Shown here: positions 54,012-64,000 of the stretch, one piece after another
Layout of the letters: each line of letters begins with the position of its first letter
Numbering within the stretch: position 1 is the stretch's first letter
Origin: Hormiphora californensis
Lineage: Eukaryota > Animalia > Ctenophora
Assembly: GCA_020137815.1 (NCBI GenBank)
Contig: CM035352.1
Location: forward strand, 7,812,001-7,876,000
DNA: 64,000 bases
Reading direction: 5' to 3'
Program-made: the position numbers and the translations under genes
The notes under the pieces: model-generated
What the model was told of the DNA's origin: nothing
Seen by the model: only the letters and a program-made list of their open reading frames with translations
Databases searched by the model: none

Positions 54012-57000
54012 CTAACCGAATCCAACCAGTCCCAAACTCTTCTTAAGTCGTCTACTAAAGTTATCACACTCTCCCCCAGTACATTCCTCCGTCTGGATAT
54101 TGGGGTTGGAGCAGTCTTCAGTGTTGGGGATGGTGTTGTGGTCACCGGTAGCTGGTTCTATCTTGTATTGGTACCGCATCTTGATACATCTACCTTCCCT
54201 GATCTGGCAGTCAGACCATTCCGTCCAGGGTTCTAGCCTACAGGCTCCTGGTACAATATGGGTTAGATATTGGAGAAATACTGGGCTCGAGATGCTGCAC
54301 TTTAAATACCACGGGTAGAGTTGTTAATTGAGTTACTCAACAAGGGGTGGAGTAGAGTTGGTATCACCATGTCGTAGAAACAGAAACACATCACGGTATG
54401 AAGACAATTCCCCAAGCAGCGGCTTTAGCAAACAACGAGGAACTCCACGCGGAGTATACGGGCAGCAACTATAAAAACAAGAAGGCTTCACAAACCAGGG
54501 AAAAGGCAGCTTCATGAAACTTCACAAACAAAGCAAACCCAAACGAAAACGGACAGAAATCTATATTATGTCCCCCAAAACAACACCACTTTGTACACAG
54601 CTTTCACACACTTTTAGCTTATCACTCAGCTTTAAATCACACCACATTTCACTCACAGATGTTCACGCATCACACACAGCTCTGTTCACACTGTACTTAC
54701 TTGTGTCACACTTGGTGCCGACAATACCAGGATTACAGTCACATTTTCCCTCGTAGGTTGAACAGTTGTAACGCTGCGAACCGGTCTCGTGGCATCCACA
54801 ATCTGGGGGGGGGGGGATGTAACATGGTAATCATGGTAACTTACCAACACACTCCCTAGTAACCATGGTAACTTACCAACACACTCCCTAGTAACCATGG
54901 TAACTTACCAACACACTCCCTAGTAACCATGGTAACCATGGTAACTTACCAACACATTCTCTAGAAACCATGGTAACTTACCAACACACTCCCTAGTAAC
55001 CATGGTAACTTACCAACACACTCCCTAGTAACCATGGTAACACTTACCAACACACTCCCTAGTAACCATGGTAACACTTACCAACACATTCCCTAGTAAC
55101 CATGGTAACTTACCAACACACTCCCTAGTAACCATGGTAACACTTACCAACACATTCCCTAGTAACCATGATAACTTACCAACACACTCCCTAGTAACAA
55201 TGGTAACCATGGTAACACTTACCAACACACTCCCTAGTAACCATGGTAACTCACCAACACACTCCCTAGTAACGGGATCCAGATATTCATGGAACATAAA
55301 GTTATCCCTGCACCCGTCACACGTTCTCCCCTCGTATCGTGTCCTTCCGGGGATACACTCACACTGTCCAGTAATCTAGAGGGATGGGGTTCATGTAGAG
55401 CTGTCACACAAACAAAGTGGGTAACGCACTACACCAGTACACCACGCGTGATAAGTAATGCGTGACACCACGTGTGATAACTAACGCGTGATTAGTAACG
55501 CGTTAAATGAGGTATACCTGGTCACATTTCTTGCTCTTGTTGATTGTTCCCCATGGGTTGCAGTTACACGGCTTACATCCCTCACCACTGTTGATGCCAT
55601 AGGTATCACCCTGACAAAGAATAAGGTTGTTAGGCTCTCACTGTAATATCGCAAACGGTGCTCCAATTTGAGAGCTATTTATACCACTATGTATATACCA
55701 CTAGGTAGGATCCGAAAAACAGAAACAGATCAAATGTTATCCTCCTCCTACTTGCAGCTATACCTCGCATTGAGAACAGTCCCGCCCAGTAACACCGTCC
55801 AGACAGAAGCACTGTCCGGTCAGGTTATCACATGTTGAGTTAACACTTCCACCCTCATTGCAACCACATGCTGCAAGATAGATAGTGTGTTACAGGGTGT
55901 TGCTTAGTAATTGAACCACCTCATTATTTGCATCAGGAACCTCCAAATAATCACAGCATGAACAGCGCTATAAAATCACCCTGTACATCAACATGTGGTT
56001 ACCACCCCGGCTAACCATGATGTCATACTTTACACATGTATTGTCATATTGTCACTCAACAAGGCTAGCTGCTGACGTCATTACTCACGTATGCACTGTC
56101 CATTATACTGGTAAGTTCCCTCCTCACAGGTGGTACATGTCCTGGGATCACTGTAGATAACTCCACTCTTACAGAAGCACTGCCCACTATCATCACACGT
56201 AGCTAGACCACCCAGAGTGTACATTGTGTTACAATTACACGGCTGACACCCGCTGATCAGATCGTAATATCCGTCCTGTAAAGGGGGGGGGGTAGTAGTA
56301 TTCGTCCTAAAATAATGGGGGGGGGGTAGTAACATTCGTCCTAGAAGTAAAAAAGCGGGGGTGAGTGGGTTGGTTTAGTAAAATCCAGTGGGTATAGAGA
56401 AAGGGCCAATGGGTGAGAGAAGAAGACGATTCGTGTAATATGTGAGGAACAGAAAGAATAACATTATTTAAATACGATCCCTGTTTCGTACCTGGCATTC
56501 ATCGCATTTGATTCCCATTGCCCCCACCCTGCAGTCACACGCCCCATCCATGAAACAGAGGTCTGATTCTGAGCCGTACGGGTTACATCCACAATCTAGA
56601 AAGGGGGACGGTGGTGGTTCGGTAAAATAGCCAATAGGGGGTGAGCGATTTTAAATTCATCCATGGGTTGGTTAAGCGGTTTTCAACAGATAATCACTTA
56701 CCCCAACACTCCCGGTTATAAGGGTACTGATAAGGTCCACAAGGTTCACATCTCCTAGGGTCCAGGAAATAGAAGTTGCTCTCCTCGATACAGTTGCACT
56801 GTCCAGTTGTAACATCACACCACCCATCGGCCTGGTAGGTGCCACTACCGTCACAGCCACATGGGATACAACCAATGGCACCGGCATCACCGAACCAGTT
56901 ACCGTTCTGGGGTGGGGGAGTGAGTTATTAGGGTTCTAGGGCGGGCGGGAAGTGGGTGGGGAGGGGGTTAGAAACTAGTTACCGTTCTGTGAGGGAGGGG

Positions 57001-60000
57001 AGGATTGGGTTAGAAACCAGTTACCGTTCTAGGGGAGGGGGGGTTAGAAACCAGTTATTAGGGTTCTAGGGCGGGCGGGAGGTGGGTGGGGAGGGGGTTA
57101 GAAACCAGTTACCGTTCTGGGGAGGAGAGGAGTGGGTTAGAAACCAGGGGGCCGGGGGAATCCTAGCTGGGGGGGGGGGGGACTAGCCGCTAGATTCAAT
57201 TTTACTAATTTATTTCAAAATACCTCGCATTGGTCGCACTTCTTCCCGGAGACTCCATCAGCACAGTAACAGCTACCATCGGCAGTGCACAGATTAGAGG
57301 TAGATCCACGGGGATCACAGCCACAAGCTAGGTAGAGGGAATTAGGTTAGAAACAGCCAGAGTTGGTGAACTATTTCGGTGCCAAAATATATTTGGAGCT
57401 CTGATGGAGGGTTTTAATTTGTATCAGCTATATCAACTCACGTGTACACTGTCCATTAAGTGAGTACATGCCATCAGGGCAGCCAGTACAAGTCCTGGGA
57501 TCGATAGTTCCATATCCTGGTTTACATTGGCACTGCCCGAACATGTCACACACCGCAGAGACTGAGCCATCAGGATCACATTGACAGGGAATACACTCCT
57601 GGATCCCCACAATGTTCAGTCCATAGAAACCAGGCTGAAATATGAGGGAGTGTTACCATGGTGACATAGTGGCCGTTAGGGTTGGTTACCATGGTTGCAC
57701 GATAATACCAAAACACCTCGATATACCATAACCTGTCCTCGGTAAATCAATAAGAAGTATGAACGCAACACATGGACGGTGTTCATGTTCTCAGTTATGT
57801 TCTGTGTTCATTGGACCCAACTCACCTCACATTCGTCACAGCTATCTCCCATGACATTGGGTCCACAGTCACACTTCCCAGTGTACAGGTCACACTTCTT
57901 AGCGTCGATAGATCCCCAGGGATGGCACGGACACGCTGGGGAGAGGGTGGGGTTAGGGGTGGTGGGGAGACGATAGGGATCAGGGTAGGAGACGTTAGAG
58001 AGGGTGGGCACGGTGTCCCTTAAGGAGGTGAAACCTCGGCTAGATAAAGTATTTTGGAGACCGGACCTAGGTTACGTATTTTTGACCGAGGAATCCGAAA
58101 AACATAAAATTAAAATCGAAAACGTAGCGGTTTTTGCGTAAAACGGCAAAAACTGTCATTTTTCAGCGATTTTCGACTTTTTACGCTTTCTAGAGATTTT
58201 AAAAATATTTCCTTTCAAGATATGATCTTGTGCTTCTAGACTAATAAAATACAATCGATTTGCTACAAATTGGTCCCGGGTTTGTGTGATTTGGTCAAAA
58301 GGTCTCTTTACTGTGGCCCATCAAAGATGGCCACTCTGCAAATACGTTTTTGGCTCCTGTGGCCGCAGTTGTGGACCAAACGAAGATTTTTTATACACCA
58401 AAATTTGCGTCTTCTCAAGGCGAACAACCTGGTTTTTACGACATTCCATTTCATGCAGGCGTTCAAAAATTACAGCAGAAAAACTGGCACAGTGGATTTC
58501 GGAAATACCCCTACTTCAACAAACCCTAATCCAGATGAGATTTCAAAAAACATACATCTTCATACATGAAAATGAAGCTCAGACAAATGCCAACGTGATG
58601 CAAAAAACGGGAAGTGTCTAACTTATTTCGTTTAGAAGCTATAGCCAAAATAAAAGTACTTATATTTGCCTTGAAAACACCTTCTAAAAGCCCTGAAAAA
58701 CAGCAAATCTGTCTAAAAATGCAATACGAATAAAATGTCACCTCCAGTACACCAACTTAGTCCCCTGTGGACAGAATTTGATTGAAATTGTCAGAAATTG
58801 TCTAAAAGTATGGTTTTTAGAGGGTGTTTTCAAGGCAAATATAAGCACTTTTACTTTGGCTATAGCTTTTAAACGAAATAAGTTAGACACTTCCCGTTTT
58901 TTGCATCACGTTGACATTTGTCTGAGCTTCATTTTCATGTATGAAGATGTATGTTTTTTGAAATCTTATCTGGATTAGGGTTTGTTGAAGTAGGGGTATT
59001 TCCGAAATCCACTGTGCCAGTTTTTCTGCTGTAATTTTTGAACGCCTGCATGAAATGGAATGTCGTAAAAACCAGGTTGTTCGCCTTGAGAAGACGCAAA
59101 TTTTGGTGTATAATAAATCTTATTTTGGTTTACATCTGCGGCCACAGGAGCCAAATACGTATTTGCAGAGTGGCCATCTTTGATTGGCCACAGCAAAGAG
59201 AGCTTTCGACCAAATCACACAAACCCGGGACCAATTTGTAGCAAATCGATTGTATTTTATTAGTCTAGAAGCACAAGATCATATCTTGTAAGAAAATATT
59301 TTTAAAATCTCTAGAAAGCGTAAAAAGTCGAAAATCGCTGAAAAATGACAGTTTTTGCCGTTTTACGCAAAAACCGCTACGTTTTCGATTTTAATTTTAT
59401 GTTTTTCGGATTCCTCGGTCAAAAATACGTAACCTAGGTCCGGTCTCCAAAATACTTTATCTAGCCGAGGTTTCACCTCCTTAAGGGACACCGTGTGGGG
59501 AGACGTTAGGGAGGATGGGAGACGTTAGAGATCGGAGGGTGGGTACTGGGTAATACCACTGGGTATTAGAGAAACATGGTTGAATTCAACCAGCTCCAAC
59601 CAGTGGTACTCTCCTATGTACTACTTACATGTGCAGCCGATGGGGTTGGATGAGGTCTGATAGAATCCGGGGGGACACCCATCACACGTTCTAGAGTTGA
59701 CCTCAGTGAAACCAGTTGAACAGTCACACTGGCCCGTTACAGAGTCACAGGGTTCTGGGTCTGCGGGCATTCCGTAGGCGTTACAGTTACAGGGCTCACA
59801 ACCACCGGGCTGGAAGTTGTAATAGCCAGGCTGAAAGAGGGAGGGGGTTACAGTTACAGGGCTGGAAGTTGTAGTAGCCAGGCTGAAAAGGGCGTTTAGG
59901 GTTTTAGAGTTAGGGGAAAGATGGGGTTAAAGGGGAGGGGCAAAAAGTACCCGGGGGCCGGGTATGTTTATCATAACGATATTCAATAATTAGAGAAACC

Positions 60001-62218
60001 CAAAAGAGAGGCAAAAGTCAACACGTTCCTACCTTGCAGGTATCACACTTGAGACCCTTGACGGTAGGTTGACACATGCACTGACCAGTAGCATCACACT
60101 GTACCGAGATAGATCCCCATGTGTTACAGTTACAGGCTGAAATTAGAATCTGTGCAGTTACTGGGGCTGGTAAAATTATTAATGCTTACATAAATGGGGT
60201 ATAACTTGGTATCGAACTAAATTATTTAGCACTGATATTACAGTCCGAAAAATCTTGCATAAATTGGTATAATATGCAGCTATCATAAATCCTGTCTAGG
60301 TGCTAATTAACTGCACGTGTGGTGCACAATGAACTGTGTTGGCGATGTGCCAGACTCACGTGTACACGTTCCTGGGATGTCGCTATACCATCCCATCTGA
60401 CAGCCACTACATGTTCTGGAGTCTGTGAAGATGACATTGCTCCTACAGGGGCACTGTCCTGACTCCAGATCACACTGGAGACTTAGAGAGTTCTGGGGGT
60501 CACAGTTACACGGGAGACACTGTCCGAGGGTGGAGAGTCCGTAGGTACCAGGCTGAAATATAGTCAGTTTTAGTAGTTGAAACACCATGTAATCACTGCG
60601 CTGGCAAGCGCAGAGGTGGCTCCATTATTATAATATGAGGTTTTGCTTTTGTGTAGCCCTTTGAGTTTCACCATGCATGGAATGAAAATGTGATATTCCA
60701 TCACTAGGAACATGTTCAATATTATGTCCCCTAAGTACTCGGAATGTCATGCTTTGGTGGTCATGACCCATGTGTGTGTTGAAAAGAGAATTACAGACGG
60801 AAATAACCCAGTAAAAAATCCATTAGGAATTGGGTTGTGATAAGAATTCAATGAATTGAAAGTATTTATAGAAACCAAGAAATGTGATTCTAAGTGGGTC
60901 GGCGGGGTGATGTACCTGGCATTTGTCGCACTTGGCTCCGTATACATTGGGCCCACAGTCACACTGTCCAGTGTACAGATCACACTGCTTAGAAAGTGAT
61001 CCATCGGGGTCACAATTACAATCTGGGAGGAAGGGAAGGGTTAGCTACTGCAGGGGATGTACCATGGTAACTACAGGGGTGTGTTACCATGGTTACCATT
61101 AGTATAGTTACCTTCACAATCAGATTCCCCATCATTCAGGTTGATGACCAGGTTCATTGAGAGAGTCTGTCCCTCTGGACACCCGTCACACTTCCTGGGA
61201 GTAAAAACACAATAATCTTTGGTATATAAACCCGGCTCAGATATAACCCGGATAACCAGTATCTTGTCATAAAATAACTCAAACCCGGAAAAAGATACCC
61301 TGAGAAAGAAACCCGGATATTGATACCCGGATATAACACTGCGAGAGATCAGTATCTTACTTGTAGTTGCCTTGTTTGTGGGTACTCTTACAGGGACAAT
61401 AACCGTTCTGATCGCACTGTGTGGCTCCACCAATGGTTCCATAAGGGTTACAGTTACACGGCTCACAGTACCCTTGTAGTAGACCGTAGTGGTCGGGCTG
61501 GGGTGGATGAGGGGTTAGATCGGGCTGGGGTCGGGTGGGGCTAGATCGGGTTAGGGGTGGGGTTAGATCGGGCTGGGGTTGGTATAGGGGCCGGGGTTAG
61601 AAATTTCTCTCTATCTACCTCGAACATCACCCCACTCCCCATCCCAGTAGTCAGTACCTACCTCAAACCACCCTCTCCAATCCCCATCCCAGTTATACCT
61701 ACCTCACACTCATTGCACTTGATGCCAGTGAAGTTTTCTTTGCACTCGCACTCCCCCTGACTGTTGCACCGTTCCGTTCCCTGACTATCACAACCACATG
61801 GTTCACATTGACCCGTGAAGGCGTCAAAGAAGGTGTTATCTGGGCACGCCGCACACGTCCTGCTGTCCGTGTAGTCGAGATTCTTCTTACAGTTACACTG
61901 ACCTGCGAGAGAGAGGGTGGGGTTGTTTCAGTAATACCGCTACGGAGCTAGGGTTTTTCCTAGAATTGAATGACGTTTCTTATTGTTCTAGAATTGCTTT
62001 CCGTTCTATGCCGGATATCTAAGTGAAATTGAATGAGTAAAAGGGCTAGAATCGTTGTTGTCAAGGTGATAGTCAATGATTGAATCGGTTGTCAGGGACA
62101 GTTCATGGTAGCCTTTAGTCTAGGAAAATGATACTGCAGAGAAGCTGTGTAAAATGATGAATTGAGAATTTTAGTCCAGACAGGGGCGGAAGGTGCAAAA
62201 GGAAGAGAGAAAAAGAAA

Positions 62219-62272
<54 letters not shown>

Positions 62273-64000
62273 TGGGTGGAGCTGCAGCAGTTGAATCTGG
62301 AGCTAGCAGCTACACACCTCTTCGTGTAGGTGTGCAGCATATAACTAAATTAAGTGATACCCCCTCCCAACTTTTAATGGGTATATCATCTCTTACTATC
62401 ACCCCTCCTATAGAGTCAGACACCGATTTACCGGGATATATCGGGGTGAAATATCACTGTAAACTCCCTATATCGGGGTCCGGTAAATCGGGGTCCGACT
62501 GTGGATCTAGTAGCTCTATTCGTACCTGTGACTGAGTCACACCGATCGTCGTAGTAAAGGGTGTTCTCTCTTACACAATCACAAGGTTTACACCCATCTC
62601 TCCTGCCGTAGAAACCATCCTGAAAACAACACAAACATTAGATCTCTGTTAAAAGATATATGTAACCGTAGTAACCAATGGTTACTAACTATCCTGAAAA
62701 CACAAAATCTTCTGTACAATTTGTGGACAATGTACGATATTCCGGAGGGATAATTTGTTGAGTAAGGGTAGGTTAGTAACCAGTGTTTGCTCAACAATTG
62801 GGATAACCCAGATCAGTAGGTTTTCAGTTGGTGACATAGACACCGTGCGCGACCAAGATTGAGCTCACACACAGGTGTCTGCTCCGCCCCAAAAAGGGTC
62901 GTTTCTTTCAAGGGATGTTGCACGCGATCCACTGGACCGATTTGCATCCGGTTTGTCGCAAAAGACTACAAATTATCCTAATATACTGGAAAATACCCGA
63001 GAAGTTTGTCTGTCAACAGGAAGTGGGTCAAAATTGACACTGAAGTCAAATCTATATTCTGGCTTCCGAGAGTTTCTGCTACTACGCCCATGCGATTTAG
63101 AAGATATTGGGAGATATGTTAATGCAATTAGCATCAGCTATTAATGCCGGGTATTTTCCAGTACTCACAAGAGTTCAACCTATCTTCTGATACCCTCAGA
63201 TTCATTCTAAACCGTCTGGGAGTGGTGCAAAAAGGCTCGGAAGCCAGATTATAGATTTGACTTCAGTGTCAATTTTGACCCACTTCCTGTTGTAGTCTTT
63301 TGCGACAAACCGGATACAAATCGGTCCAGTGGATCACGTGCAATTTGGCTTGAAAGACACGACCCTTTTTTAGGGGGCGGAGCGGACACCTATGTGCGAG
63401 CGGTAGGCGGTAAATGTTAACCAGATCTGTGAGAATTTCGCACGTTTTTGCCCATAACTCAGCCATTTCTTGACCAATTTGCAAAATCTTTGGCTCATTG
63501 GAAAGAGGACATCGAGATCTCTCAAATGAGCTCAAGAAAATGAAAATTGGCGCAAATTGCGCGGCGTGGTGGCGAAAACGCGCATTTTGCGCCATGACGC
63601 CGCGCATTTTGCGCCGATTTTATTTTTATTGGGCTCATTTAAAAGATCTCAATGTCCTCTTTCCAACGCACCTAAGATTTTGCAAATTGGTCAAGAAATG
63701 ACTGAGTTATGGACAAAAACGTGGTTTTGCACGTACGTTTTCTCTCAGATCTGGTTAACATTTACCGCCTACCTGTGCGAGCTCGATCTCGCACGCACTA
63801 AAGTCGGATTTTTTGAAGTTGTCACCCCAAAATGACCGCGCATGTGAAATTTATCAATTTTGACGCGCACACCACACGTTAACATGTGATGTGACGCGCA
63901 AAAACATTCCGCGCACGAAAAGGGGGGTGACAACTTCAAAAAATCCGACTTTAGGTGTCAATGTCACCAAGGTTTTCAGAATGTCTACCTCGCAGGTTGC
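54012..64000 (-). CDS. Cysteine-rich extracellular protein A (5' end outside window): laminin-EGF-like repeats, C-terminal TSP1 domain
   Basis: ~20 GT-AG exons, e.g. [27 protein letters not shown] and [35 protein letters not shown]. Exon 54232-54012 encodes [23 protein letters not shown] then TAG. It could instead be continuous with gene B. Confidence 0.8.
54820..55272. repeat. ~32-34-bp minisatellite containing exon end and splice donor
   Basis: Minus-strand unit CATGGTTACTAGGGAGTGTGTTG|GTAAGTTAC. Confidence 0.95.
58009..59495. mobile_element. 1.49-kb palindromic non-autonomous element, CACGG termini and 4-bp TSD (Chapaev-like)
   Basis: TGGG|CACGGTGTCCCTTAAGGAGG...CCTCCTTAAGGGACACCGTG|TGGG; arms ~680 bp with scattered mismatches. 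Confidence 0.88.
62413..62501. mobile_element. Degenerate CAGTCGGACCCCGA-family MITE
   Basis: Right TIR TAAATCGGGGTCCGACTG intact, left decayed. Confidence 0.65.
62828..63970. mobile_element. Mutator-like MITE carrying nested palindromic inserts
   Basis: Same termini as 30022-30093; 9-bp TSD GGTTTTCAG; inserts at 62867-63778 and 63801-63951. Confidence 0.88.

Noticed and set aside
33074-64000. Assigning a laminin symbol (LAMA/LAMB/LAMC)
   Set aside because: No LN, L4, coiled-coil or LG domains are visible, and the C-termini differ from laminins.

Overview
Eukaryotic (animal) genomic DNA with short GT-AG introns, many (AG)n/(CA)n microsatellites, minisatellites and MITEs. The repeat content resembles a ctenophore such as Pleurobrachia; this is from recollection and was not verified. 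Minus-strand genes: a divergent G-protein beta subunit (5645-7713, one apparent 1-nt frameshift), an adhesion-type GPCR with a non-canonical GPS (~22446-29444), and a long run of laminin-EGF-like exons (33074 to >64000). That run looks like two tandem paralogues, each ending in a homologous TSP1-like domain. A 5'-truncated CR1-group LINE (43360-47552) sits inside a 34-bp satellite filling a 9.3-kb intron. The most striking observation is that this satellite (~140 copies) is a tandem amplification of the gene's own exon end plus 5' splice site. Several other introns are also built from copies of their own donor or acceptor junctions, and one intron appears newly formed by duplication of an AG|GT junction. 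Also present: two ~1.5-kb near-perfect palindromic elements, a foldback element, a nested MITE composite with an empty copy in the same window, and two segments that look like low-quality sequence. Exon coordinates were derived by hand and are approximate unless stated.
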